Part shown: one piece after another, positions 14,584 to 25,509 of the stretch
Layout of the letters: every line of letters begins with the position of its first letter
Position numbering within the stretch: position 1 is the first letter of the stretch
From: Eledone cirrhosa
Lineage: Eukaryota
DNA length: 64,000 nucleotides
Reading direction: 5' to 3'
Assembly: GCA_964016885.1 (NCBI GenBank)
Contig: OZ024741.1
Span: forward strand, 340,504,001-340,568,000
Translations under genes and position numbers: made by a program
The notes under the pieces: model-generated
What the model was told of the DNA's origin: nothing
What the model saw: the letters and a program-made list of their open reading frames with translations, nothing else
Database searches by the model: none

Positions 14584-17500
14584 ATGACCTCACTCAGAAT
14601 AGGCAGCATAAATGCGCGTGGCTTGGGGTCGTCATGGAAGCAGGGTCACCTGCTCAACGACCTCAGGTCACTAAACATAGATGTAGTGGCCATCAGCGAG
14701 ACCAGAATCTCCGAAGCACGGGCCTTCGCACCGATCTTCGGCGGCTACGATGTGTACGCATCTCCCAGCCGTCCTGGATCGGGTGGAGGAGTTGCTGTGC
14801 TTTTTCGGAGAGGTTTGGATCTCGCCATACGGGCCATCTTCCTGGACCCAGAGGGTAAGCTGGTGGTGCTGGACGTGACCAGCGGAGACGGGCAAGCTTT
14901 CAGGCTAGTGGCCGTCTATGCCCCGACAGGAGCAGGGCGGCCTGATTTCTTCCGGCGTCTGGAGACCTTTCTTGGAACGTCGCGCTCTTTAGTGTTAGTG
15001 GGCGACTGGAACGGGATCTTAGATGCACGCTGGGACTGTGTGGGATTAGCGGATAGGGGTGGAGGGTGCAAGAGCCTCACCAACCTGCTCAGGCGTTTTG
15101 AACTGTCTGACAGGTACCGATTGGATTTCCCGAATGTGCCAATGTGGACTTGGACAAACCGCATAGGGTCATCCAGATCATATCTAGATAGAGTATTTTG
15201 TAGGGAAATAGATAGGTCTAGCATAGGCTGTCCACAATTCAAGATAGTCAGCTACACGGACCACAAATTCGTGATCTGTGTGCTTGACTTAGATAGGCTT
15301 CATAGACGAGGACCCGGCTACTGGAAGCTAAACGCGTCCTTACCAGCGCGCAAGGCCTACAGAGACCGGATTAGCGAACTAGTTAAGCGGGCGTTGACGG
15401 GGGCCATCGTCAACAACAAGTGGTGGTTTGCTCTGAAAAGAGCGATTAGAATAGAATCGATTAGGTTTAGTAAGGCTTTAGCAATAGAGAAAAATAGAGT
15501 AGAGGGAGAACTAGTTAGAAAATTAGACGAGGCGCTTAGCAAAGGCATTGCGACCGACGTGCTTGCGGCGAAATTGGCCCTTGACCAATTCTTCAATGCA
15601 AAGCACGAAGGCTGCGTTGTCAGAGCTAGGGTGCGTGCTCTCAGACACGAGGGGACGAAAGCCGTTCAATGGGCCCGAGTGGCGGAGGCGCGTCGTGGCA
15701 ACAAAGCCACGATCCGGTCTTTGGTGGACCACGACGGGCGCATGCTACTCGATCCCGGGCAAATGTGTGAAGCTTTTCAGCGACACTTCGCTCAGCTGTT
15801 CGGGGGCAGCGGGGGGCCGGGTAGAGGGATGGACTTTAGTGTCTACCTCGACGGACTGCCGCGGCTCTCGGCCACTGAGGCGAAGTGTTGCGAAAAGCCG
15901 ATAACAGCCGCTGAAGTAAGGGAGGCAATGACTGGCTGCACAAGGGGTAAATCGCCTGGTTTGGATGGTCTGCCCTATGAACTTTACGTACAGATGCCAG
16001 ACTTGTTCGGAGGCCTCTTGGCGGACGTCTACTGCAACTGGCAACAGAACGGGAGAATTCCCAGTTCTGTGAGCCGAGGAGCGGTGGCACTGCTGAGAAA
16101 GGATCCGAACAAGGGGGATAACATAGACAATTTCCGGCCCATAACTCTGCTAAACACAGAGTTTAAGATTTTGGCCAAGGTGCTAGCAAAGAGGTTGGCG
16201 CTTGTCGTTGGTGGTCTGGTGGGAGAGGCGCAGACATGCGCCATTCCCGACAGATCCATCCACGACAACCTCCACCTCATGCGATACATCGTAGAGAGGG
16301 TAGCTAGGGAACCTGGCACGGGTGGGTCCTTGATCAATTTAGATCAGTCGAAAGCTTTCGATAGGGTCGACCATCGTTACCTAGCGGCAGTCCTGAGGGC
16401 GGCTGGCTTTGGGCCCGTCTTCAGAGGCTGGATCGCTGCCATGCACAGCGACATCTGCTCTGTGGTGAGAGTGAACGGTCACCTGTCGGAACCGTTCAAC
16501 ATCATGCGCTCGGTCCGCCAAGGATGTCCCCTCTCGTCCCTCTTGTACGTATTGACTCTCGAGCCATTACTGCACAAACTGGAGACGTTGAGGGGAGTCC
16601 CGCGCGAACTAGGATGCGGAAGATCCGTGTCAGCATATGCGGACGATGTCACCGTAGTGGTGTCGAACGCCAAACACATCGAGGCGATCGGCACTACACT
16701 AAGAGAATACGAAGCGGTGACAGGAGCAATGATCAACCAGGAAAAGTCAGTGGGCCTGCAGCTCGGCACCTGGAGAGGCAGGTCCATGCCGTCCAACAGC
16801 GTCGTCGGGCGCTGGACGGACGGACCGGTTAAATTGCTAGGGGTCTGGTTCGGTCCGGACCTCCAGACGGACAAAAACTGGGACGAGGTGACGAGCAGGG
16901 TGGCTTCTCTCACCCAGAAATGGGCGGAGAGGAAGCTATCCCTGAAAGGTCGAGCGGAGGTGGCTAACGCGTACATCGCGTCTGTCATCTGCTACCGCCT
17001 AACCGTCGTACCTTGTCCTAAGCCTCGCCTGACTGCGCTGGAGCGTTTGCTCTTTCGCTTTTTGTGGAAGGGACGTGCTCCGATGGTCAGGCGGTCCATC
17101 TGTTGTCAACACCCGCTACGTGGAGGGCTGGGCATGCCGTGGCTGATGATGCGCAGGCACGCGCTCAGGCTACGACATCTCCACCTCTTCCTCGACGGTG
17201 ATCAGGTGTGGTCGCCGTTTGCTAGACGCGTTTTTCCCCAGCTCGTTTCCTTGACGGAGCTGCAGTCCTGGGTCAAGCGAAGACCGAGAGGGAGCGCCTG
17301 GAGACTGGAATGTCTTCAGGCGCTCACAGCCCTCGGCCAATCGGGCAATGTGATCGGTGGAAACTCCACCTCGGCGTTCTATAGAGGATTAGTGGAGGGG
17401 AAGAGCGACGACGTACTTGGGGAAACTCTAGGCGTCGACGAAAATCAACTAGCCAATCTCTTCGGAAGAACTTTCGGGCCAGGGCCTATGGACAACTTCC

Positions 17501-18003
17501 AGAAATCTCTGGCCTGGCAGTGCTACCGAGGAGCCTTGCCAGTTCGGGATAAACTCTACAGGCATGGAGGTGCCGTCAGCCGGGCATGTCCGAGATGCGC
17601 GCAGGGCGACGAAACCGTCCTGCACGCACTCGTCCAGTGTCCGAAAATTGCTGACTTGTGGGTTTATGTCGAACACCTGCTGTCGCGTTTAGGACGGATC
17701 CAGTTATCATCTGAGTCTATCGTGAGGATTGCCCCGCCCTCCTCCTTTAGCCGGGAAGGGCAGGCAGTTTTTATCTGTCTGGTGGCCATGGCGAAAGAGA
17801 TAGTATGGTGGACACGTTTGAAAGGGCTGAAGACGAGCACTTACCTCTTCGGTGATGCTCTGATTGACTTTTTCAAATTTCATTTGAAAAGGAAAATCAG
17901 AGTAGAGAAGGAAGTGCTCTCTTCCCAGCATTTTGTTGAAAGATGGGTGAGAGAAGCAAGAATGGCCCGAGTGAATGGGCCGACTCTGAGTATATATCTG
18001 TAA
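14584..18003 (+). CDS. ORF2 APE endonuclease-reverse transcriptase-Zn finger, intact 1139 aa (element A)
   Basis: APE motifs INARG, SET, GDWN, SYLD, TDH; RT motifs KSPGLDG, FRPITLLN, DQSKAFD, RQGCPLS, YADD; C-terminal CPRC..ET..H....C. Confidence 0.96.
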   Translation: MTSLRIGSINARGLGSSWKQGHLLNDLRSLNIDVVAISETRISEARAFAPIFGGYDVYASPSRPGSGGGVAVLFRRGLDLAIRAIFLDPEGKLVVLDVTSGDGQAFRLVAVYAPTGAGRPDFFRRLETFLGTSRSLVLVGDWNGILDARWDCVGLADRGGGCKSLTNLLRRFELSDRYRLDFPNVPMWTWTNRIGSSRSYLDRVFCREIDRSSIGCPQFKIVSYTDHKFVICVLDLDRLHRRGPGYWKLNASLPARKAYRDRISELVKRALTGAIVNNKWWFALKRAIRIESIRFSKALAIEKNRVEGELVRKLDEALSKGIATDVLAAKLALDQFFNAKHEGCVVRARVRALRHEGTKAVQWARVAEARRGNKATIRSLVDHDGRMLLDPGQMCEAFQRHFAQLFGGSGGPGRGMDFSVYLDGLPRLSATEAKCCEKPITAAEVREAMTGCTRGKSPGLDGLPYELYVQMPDLFGGLLADVYCNWQQNGRIPSSVSRGAVALLRKDPNKGDNIDNFRPITLLNTEFKILAKVLAKRLALVVGGLVGEAQTCAIPDRSIHDNLHLMRYIVERVAREPGTGGSLINLDQSKAFDRVDHRYLAAVLRAAGFGPVFRGWIAAMHSDICSVVRVNGHLSEPFNIMRSVRQGCPLSSLLYVLTLEPLLHKLETLRGVPRELGCGRSVSAYADDVTVVVSNAKHIEAIGTTLREYEAVTGAMINQEKSVGLQLGTWRGRSMPSNSVVGRWTDGPVKLLGVWFGPDLQTDKNWDEVTSRVASLTQKWAERKLSLKGRAEVANAYIASVICYRLTVVPCPKPRLTALERLLFRFLWKGRAPMVRRSICCQHPLRGGLGMPWLMMRRHALRLRHLHLFLDGDQVWSPFARRVFPQLVSLTELQSWVKRRPRGSAWRLECLQALTALGQSGNVIGGNSTSAFYRGLVEGKSDDVLGETLGVDENQLANLFGRTFGPGPMDNFQKSLAWQCYRGALPVRDKLYRHGGAVSRACPRCAQGDETVLHALVQCPKIADLWVYVEHLLSRLGRIQLSSESIVRIAPPSSFSREGQAVFICLVAMAKEIVWWTRLKGLKTSTYLFGDALIDFFKFHLKRKIRVEKEVLSSQHFVERWVREARMARVNGPTLSIYL

Positions 18004-18275
18004 ACTAAAGGTGGAAAACTGGGAGAGGGCACTTGCCTTGGTGGTCAGGGTCATTGTGGCTTTTTACTGGGCTTTCTCCACAAATGTCTCTCCGAAGTCT
18101 CCCCCCTATTGGGGAATTTTTCATTGTTTTTTTCATTGTTATTTTCATTGTTATTTTTGTTACATCCTCTGTTTTTGTTTTTTTACACGCAGAAATGCCC
18201 ATTTGTACCGTCCTGCATTGTCCTGCACTGTCCTTAATGTCTACTTTATGTAAACCCTTGTGGTTAATAAAGAAA

Positions 18276-18316
<41 letters not shown>

Positions 18317-21300
18317 TGCATTTATCTTGCTTTATGTTTATACGAGTTATCACCAAGTCACAACCAGTGACCTCAAGAGACAACAAGGTCCGCCATGTTC
18401 AAGAAAGAACACACATATTCACACATGCATCCTTAGTGTTTAGACTTGTGATGTACTTATATTGACAGGATCTTCCTTAGTATATGGGCAGTTCCCATTA
18501 GTACTATCTTTTGTATTTCTCCTATACGCGGGTTTCCTGGGATTTGCGATAAGTAGTCGTTAGACCCCTTAGGTATCATTCCCAGAGCGCCTACAACCAC
18601 TGGTATTGTTTTAGTTCTCAATTTCCACATTTTTCCAATTTCTATCTCCAGGTCCTTATACTTGCTCAATTTTTCAAATGTTTTTATAGATACATTCTTG
18701 TCTATTGGAACAGACATATCAATTAGCAGGCATACCCTCCTTTGAAAGTCCTTCAATATTATATCAGGTCTATTTGCATCTATTTTTCGGTCTGTTTGGA
18801 TGCTAAAGTTCCACAAGATTGAGATGTGATCTTTTTCAAGTATGGGAGGTGGTTGATGCTCCCACCAATTCTTTTGATGGGGCAGGTCAAAATGCTTACA
18901 CATTATCCAATGTATGTATTGTGCAGCTCTGTCATGCCTGTTTAGGTATTCGGTTGGAGCTATAGGACTGCACATTGAAATTATATGGTCAATGGTCTCT
19001 GGTTGTTTTTTGCATACACGGCATAATGGGCTGCACCCATTTTTTATTATGTTGGCTTGGTAATTTTTTGTTGGCAGACACTGATCTTGTGCGGATATAA
19101 TCAGTCCTTCAGTCTCCGATTTCAGTCCAGAGGATGCCAACCACTGATGGGTTAAAGTTTTGTCAACATCAGGATTGTTAGCTCGCTCTGGGTATTTTCC
19201 ATACAGAGGCTTTTCTTGCCATTTCTTAGCCAGTTTCTGTAGCAGTTCTTTCTTTGCAGTTACTTTTACCTGCTTTGCTTTTTCTGTGTTTTCCATTTCA
19301 GCAGTAAATGGGACTTCTGAAATTTGTAGTCCATTACTGTATCTTTGTGCATCTTTTGTAATGGAATATGATCTTTTGGTGCTTTCGTGTTTCAAAACGA
19401 GTTTGATCATCCAATCATGTGATTCCCTTAGATATGTGGATAATCCAATTGTTGCAGTTTTCAACGCAATGTCTAACTGGATTAACCCACGTCCTCCTTC
19501 TTTCCTAGGGAGATATATTCTATCTATGTCTGCCTTAGGGTGATGCATTCTGTGCATGGTTAAGAATTTTCGGATTTTTGTATCGAGCCTACGGATCTCT
19601 GTGCTTGACCAGTTGATGACATTGTAACTGTAGGTTACTACTGGTATGGCAAGCGTGTTTATGGCATCGATCCTATTCCTTGCATTCAATTCCGTTCTTA
19701 AGATTGCTCTGACTCTGCGGTAACATTCCTTCCTTATCCTTTCCCTCATTGTCGAGTGCTTGATTCCGTCTCCTTCACAAACACCTAGATATTTGTAAGT
19801 TTGTTCTTGATCAAGCTCTCTTATCACGTTCCCCCGATCAAGATTAATGTCTGAACTCTTCAGCAGCTTTCCTCTGGTGAACGTTGCTTTGGCGCATTTA
19901 TCCTGTCCAAACTCCATTTTAATGTCATCACTGAACTGCTTCACAGTGGATAATAGCCCTTGCAATTGTTCATCATTTTTTGCAAATAGTTTCAGGTCAT
20001 CCATGTAGAACAGGTGATTAATGGTTTTGTCATAGACTCTATATCCATGTTTTGTTTCATTGAGCATTTTACTTAATGGTATAAGTGCGATGCAGAATAA
20101 AAGCGGTAATAAAGAGTCACCCTGAAAAATTCCACAATTAATGTTAACTTCTCCAGCTTCCAGTGATTTTGTTTCACTATTCAAAAGGAGTGTCGTTCTC
20201 CATGTCCTCATACTGAATGACAAAAACCTCCTGACAACGGGGGATATTTTGAAAATCTCTAAACATTTTTCAATCCAACTGTGTGGCAAACTATCAAATG
20301 CTTTTTTATAATCTATCCAAGCAATCGATAGATTTTTGTGTCTATTATGACAATCTTCCAGTATCATTTTGTTAATCAGAAGCTGATCCTTACAGCCATA
20401 TGAGCCTCGTTTACACCCTTTCTGCTCAATGGGAAATAGGTCATTTGTTATCAGGTGGTCATATGTGTATTCAGTTAGGACTGATGTTAAAATTTTATAC
20501 ATTGTGGTCAAGCAGGTTATCGGTCTGTAATTTTTGCGATTGTTTGTCTCATCATTCTTCGGTAGCAGGAATGTAATGCCGTTAACTAGCCATGATGGTA
20601 TCTTTTCTGGCTCCTTAACTATTTCATTGTAAAGTTGGGCTAACAGCTCATGAGACTCTGTGAAGGCATTTATCCAAAAGTTTTGTATTTTGTCTTTTCC
20701 TGGGGATTTCCATTTGCTGGTTTTTCTTAGAGCCAAGCGCAGCTGTTCAACTGTTATATTTTCCCATGTTTGTTCTTCAAGGTGAGCTGTTTCTTTCATT
20801 TGTCTGTCTATCCATGGGGCATGTATGTTATGAACTTTTTCTTCGGCCCAGATCTTTTCCCAGAATTCTTGCACTTCCTCCTTGGGTGGTATTGATTTAG
20901 CAGTTATTGTTGACTTACCAATTTTTCTGTAGAAGTTTCTTTGGTTGTTTTTGAACATATTATTGTCCTTATAGAATCTAGATCGTTTTTCAAAGCGCCT
21001 TATACGAGCAGCTTTGGCCGACACTTTTTGCTTGATTGTTTCTATCAGCATGTCTATGTCACATGTTGATCTTATACTGTACTTTTTTTTCAATTTTCTA
21101 AGTTTAGTTTGTTTAACATGTTCACCTACTTTATAGTTTGTTAAAATTTCTATGTCAGATCGGAGAAGGTTTATTTGGCGATTGATGTTATCTTGCCAAG
21201 TAGATTTCTTGTGGGAATTCCTTTGTTTTTTCATCTTCACTCCACATAAGTGAGTGGTGACTTTAGCCGAGGCATAATAGAGATGATTTAAGTCAGTAAT

Positions 21301-22295
21301 GTTTAGTTTGTTTGTGATGATAATGTTTTTGAGAATTATGTTAGTCTTGTGTATTATCTTTTGGTTCTGTTTGGAGTTCTGGATCTTAGGGAGGGTGTCT
21401 CGTTCCCCCATGTCAGATTCTTTCATTTTCATCCATTCGATCATAATTTCATCCTTCAAGTTGGCAAGTTCATTCTCATTCATTTCTTTATCATTTACGA
21501 TCTCATTATTTTCATTTGGAGTTTCATCCTGAGCATGCACTCCCTCCACTTTTTCGCTCCTTTCTTTAATTTGTTCTGTTGCCAGTGATTCCGCCCCAAC
21601 TCTGGGATTCGAAGTGTTACAGTTTACCTCGTTTTCACTGACACATGCTTCATTTTCCCTTCGCTGACTTTGTGCTACTAGCTTGATCTGATCAATTTCT
21701 ATATCAGTTAGTAACTTTTTTCTTACAATATTTCTTCGTATATTGGCTAGTTTGTTACTGTCAATATAGCCTCTGTTTTCGGGATGTTTCTTTTTCCAGT
21801 TGATATATGTTTGCTCTGTATTCGATGTATTTGATGGGTAGTACATGGCAGTGTAGAAAGCCTCAAGGACTTCTTTATTATCTTCCCTTGACCATTTTTC
21901 TCTCTTTTTCTTTGGATTTCTTGGTGGTGAGCATGGAGGGCCAACAGTAGGAGTATTCCGGTTATGGGAGGTCTCCAGCTCCGAAGTGATGGGAAGGTTT
22001 GAACCATTAGCTGATTTTTCGACCCCAGTCTGGTTCCTCTCTGAGGGACGCGGCCCTTTTTTACCCGGGTGACGGCCGATCCGGTATGAGATTTCATCAT
22101 TAGACATCTACTTTATTTTGTCGCGTTTTATCCTTATCCGCCAAGGGGTAATCTTTTCGTGTTACCACTTCTAGAACGAGTGTCAACCAAGACTAGAGGG
22201 GTCGTTCTCCCCTAGAGACATGGCTATTCCCCGCCGGCCGCCATCCTAGTATTTCTTGGTCACGGGGTTTTCTTTTTGTTGTTTTTTTTAAATTG
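18317..22295 (-). mobile_element. R4/Dong-clade RLE non-LTR retrotransposon with (TAA)n tail; 5' end uncertain (~22295, at most ~22613)
   Basis: Single long ORF. The 3' end runs into (TAA)n on its sense strand; Dong elements are established (TAA)n-targeting elements. Confidence 0.88.
18457..22107 (-). CDS. Dong/R4-type RT plus restriction-like endonuclease polyprotein, 1216 aa
   Basis: N-terminal KWSREDN (Myb-like), KSPGKD, YRPITCL, WIDYKKAFDS, GIFQGDSL, YMDD, CRVC..ET.DH....C, RHD, NRPDII, IDMSVP, K..KY.DL. Confidence 0.95.
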   Translation of the reverse strand: MSNDEISYRIGRHPGKKGPRPSERNQTGVEKSANGSNLPITSELETSHNRNTPTVGPPCSPPRNPKKKREKWSREDNKEVLEAFYTAMYYPSNTSNTEQTYINWKKKHPENRGYIDSNKLANIRRNIVRKKLLTDIEIDQIKLVAQSQRRENEACVSENEVNCNTSNPRVGAESLATEQIKERSEKVEGVHAQDETPNENNEIVNDKEMNENELANLKDEIMIEWMKMKESDMGERDTLPKIQNSKQNQKIIHKTNIILKNIIITNKLNITDLNHLYYASAKVTTHLCGVKMKKQRNSHKKSTWQDNINRQINLLRSDIEILTNYKVGEHVKQTKLRKLKKKYSIRSTCDIDMLIETIKQKVSAKAARIRRFEKRSRFYKDNNMFKNNQRNFYRKIGKSTITAKSIPPKEEVQEFWEKIWAEEKVHNIHAPWIDRQMKETAHLEEQTWENITVEQLRLALRKTSKWKSPGKDKIQNFWINAFTESHELLAQLYNEIVKEPEKIPSWLVNGITFLLPKNDETNNRKNYRPITCLTTMYKILTSVLTEYTYDHLITNDLFPIEQKGCKRGSYGCKDQLLINKMILEDCHNRHKNLSIAWIDYKKAFDSLPHSWIEKCLEIFKISPVVRRFLSFSMRTWRTTLLLNSETKSLEAGEVNINCGIFQGDSLLPLLFCIALIPLSKMLNETKHGYRVYDKTINHLFYMDDLKLFAKNDEQLQGLLSTVKQFSDDIKMEFGQDKCAKATFTRGKLLKSSDINLDRGNVIRELDQEQTYKYLGVCEGDGIKHSTMRERIRKECYRRVRAILRTELNARNRIDAINTLAIPVVTYSYNVINWSSTEIRRLDTKIRKFLTMHRMHHPKADIDRIYLPRKEGGRGLIQLDIALKTATIGLSTYLRESHDWMIKLVLKHESTKRSYSITKDAQRYSNGLQISEVPFTAEMENTEKAKQVKVTAKKELLQKLAKKWQEKPLYGKYPERANNPDVDKTLTHQWLASSGLKSETEGLIISAQDQCLPTKNYQANIIKNGCSPLCRVCKKQPETIDHIISMCSPIAPTEYLNRHDRAAQYIHWIMCKHFDLPHQKNWWEHQPPPILEKDHISILWNFSIQTDRKIDANRPDIILKDFQRRVCLLIDMSVPIDKNVSIKTFEKLSKYKDLEIEIGKMWKLRTKTIPVVVGALGMIPKGSNDYLSQIPGNPRIGEIQKIVLMGTAHILRKILSI

Positions 22296-22613
22296 TTATT
22301 ATCATGAGTGGTTCCTTAATGTGAGCATTGCGTGGCTTAAGAATGAAATTATTAATAATTGTCTCCACTCCAGGCACAAGGCCAGCAATCACCCAGTGCA
22401 TTACAATAATATAATATACTTTTTGTTGTAGTTGGCTGTTATTGCTGCTGGCTATGTCGGTGGTGGTGCCGGGGCTTTTTATATTGTTGGTGAGGAAGGG
22501 GTGAGCCAGCAGTCCCATAATTGTTGATGTAGACGTTTGTCCGTGGCAAGGTCACCAAGTCAATCTATTTATATCTTTTGTTAGCCTCTCTCTTGTCTAG
22601 TGCTACCACCACC

Positions 22614-22648
<35 letters not shown>

Positions 22649-22690
22649 GTAATATCTTCATATAGATACTTATGCACTCATATGAGTATG

Positions 22691-22741
<51 letters not shown>

Positions 22742-22981
22742 GCACAATCATTGTCCTTGCTGCAATAAAAAGTTGCAAGGAGACAATCTGTCTATGATTT
22801 TGTTTAGTCTGATTTTGTTTACTACCATTTTATCTACAGACGTCAATTTGTTATATGTTAACATCTACAGCACAAGAAACTCATATGAAACACACAATTC
22901 CCTTGTTGACCATCCAAAGACTTACACTGGGAATATATATATATATATTCAATACTAAAACGAAGACATAACACAGAGAAA

Positions 22982-23030
22982 TGCTAGGACACGCGTTTCG
23001 TTGAGTGAAACTCAACTTATTCAACTAGCA
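22982..23030 (-). ncRNA. Degenerate minimal hammerhead ribozyme
   Basis: Minus strand: tgctag-TTGAATA-a-gttgag(tttca)ctcaac-GAAA-cgcgtg-TC-ctagca. Stems are perfect but the CUGANGA box is mutated. Confidence 0.55.
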
Positions 23031-23239
23031 GTATTTCAACAGAAAAGAACTTCCAGTAGAAGAGAACATGGGAGAGTTCTGGGTTTTCGGGGCAAGTCAT
23101 TTACAGACAAGTTATTTATTATATAAAGGGGGATGGTCACTCTAAAAATAAGTTAATAAATCATATTTATTAACTTGTCGCCTGTCAAAGCTGTTTGTTT
23201 GGTGCTCCCTGTATGGGATGTGTAGCAATCTGAAGCCAT

Positions 23240-24693
23240 TCTGCTCAAATGACTGGATTCTTTGTTCCAGGCCAGCTGTGAGGGTCCAACCCATGCAAAA
23301 GGATCGAAGTCACCATGGACCTGTATAGTTTGAGCTTCGTTGGAAAACTGATGGAGTTGCTTTTCCATATGACATTCAACTTTACCATGACAGAAGTGGC
23401 CAGGGTGAGACTTGTCAATATCTCCTTTTGAGATCTGCCATCTTTGGTCAGAATGGGTCCTAGGTACTTGAAAGTGACCACTTCAAGTTTCCTCCTTTCA
23501 GCATGATGCTGGTTGCTGTATTCTGATTATTCCTATTAACCAGAATCTTGCTCTTTTCTGAGCTGATCTCCATTCCATATGCTGCTGATAGTTTTCCTGG
23601 AGTTCTGCTTCACTGCTTTCTAACATGTCGGTGACATCAGCAAATCACAGGTTGGAAATGGGCCATCCTCCAATTGAAACTGAGGTATGGAAGTCTTGGA
23701 GAGACTCTTGCATGTTGTTTTCCGGGAAGATGTTGAAAAGCGCTATTGTCCCGAAGAACTCTTCAATGTTGTTATTCAGAAGAACTGGACTGTTTGAGTT
23801 GCCATGTAGTGCTTGGATTACTTGAATAAGGTTGATGTCAAATTTGTAATCTTCCATCACCTTCCACAAACCCTCATGTCAAACTCGGTCAAAGGCTTTT
23901 TAAAGTCGATGAAGTTATGATAGAGGTCAGATTGGTTCTGCAGATGTTTCTCAATGAACAGTTTGATGCTAAATATCTGCTCTGTTGTACTTCTTTTGGC
24001 TAGCATCTTGCCTGCTCTTCTGTCTTTTCCTTAAGTCTGTTTAGAAGAATTTTTATCAGTACTTTTCCGGGGTGGCTAATTAGGCTGATTGTTCTGCAGT
24101 TCTGGCAGAGTCTTAAGTTTCCTTTTTTGGGGAATGGGTATCGTCAGGGGTTGGGTCCATTCCTTTGGCCACTTCTTTGTTTCCCATATCTTCTCACATG
24201 TAACTGTCAGTGCTTTAATAAGTTTTGGCCCTCCATGTTTTTTTAGGAGCACTGATGGAATGTTATCGACTCCAGGGGATTTACCATCTTTAAGAATATG
24301 CACCGCCTCTTCGACTTCCTCCTATAGAATTGGAGTATCCTCAATTTCATTGTTTTTATTGGTGGAACTGTCCAGGATGTTGATGTGATTTAAGACGTGA
24401 CATGCGGAAGACCAATCAATCTAACAGATTAGGAGGCAAGACAACAATACAACCCTGTGAAGAGGAAGGTCAGGAAGAAAATGAGGGAAGCCAAAGAGAA
24501 GTGGGTATCAGGCCAGTGCAAAAACATAGAAGCTGGAATAAAAAAAGGGTAACAGCAAGGCTACTTGTGAAACCCTCAAAATGCTTACTAAAGGAAAGCA
24601 GCCCACCAACCACTGTCATTGAGGACAAAACTGGCTTGCTCCTCACAGACATGGCCCATGTCATCCAAAGATGGTCTGAGTATTGCGAAGACC

Positions 24694-24697
<4 letters not shown>
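23240..24697 (-). mobile_element. Degenerate RTE-clade LINE with an inverted 5' segment (24400-24697 on +)
   Basis: Minus: LKDGKSPGVDNIP, WETKKWPKEWTQ, FKYLG, KLKLYRS. Plus: IEDKTGLLLTD...QRWSEYCEDLY. Confidence 0.8.
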
Positions 24698-24786
<89 letters not shown>

Positions 24787-24787
24787 A

Positions 24788-24887
<100 letters not shown>

Positions 24888-25261
24888 CATTCTCCAAAAA
24901 TCCCAAAATGTGTTTTGAAACAGAAAGTAGGCTAAGATGGTTTTATTAAAAATGCTAAACATCCTGATGCTTTATATTCCTTAACGTCATGAGAAGCTGA
25001 ATACAGTTATAGTGAAATATATGTTAGATTGAGATTTTGATGAATAACATAGTACAAGTTTACAAAAAAAAAGAAAAAATGTTTATAGACATGGCTGTAT
25101 TCCGGTGTTATATTATACACAAGGATGTAATTTATTTCTGTTAACTTTAGGAACAGTGATTCATATACTTACTTCGTTTTATGCGTAAAGAAATACAGTA
25201 ATAAAATATGATACGAGCACATATGCAGTTTCCAAAGCGTATTACACCAGAGTTTATCAGT

Positions 25262-25338
<77 letters not shown>

Positions 25339-25509
25339 CTGTAGTTAGTCACTTGACCTATTAGAAACAACAGCCATATCTCCCACAAACTACCCCATGG
25401 TGTCTTGGATATATAAGAACATAATGGGCAATGTAGTCACACATACAAAAAAAAAGAAGGATTGGTACACCTTTGATCACAGCTTTCCTTGATAATCGTT
25501 AGCTTCTTA

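Larger units (their letters stand above)
12235..18277 (+). mobile_element. Full-length L1/Tx1-clade non-LTR retrotransposon (element A) in an (ATT)n tract
   Basis: Two ORFs, flanked by (ATT)n at 12199-12234 and 18278-18316, with AATAAA at 18266-18271. Confidence 0.93.

Noticed and set aside
18011-18443. Hydrophobic ORFs in the element A 3' UTR (possible ORF3 or env-like)
   Set aside because: They derive from T-rich low-complexity and (ATT)n sequence, are not conserved in B-D, and the longer one runs past the element end.
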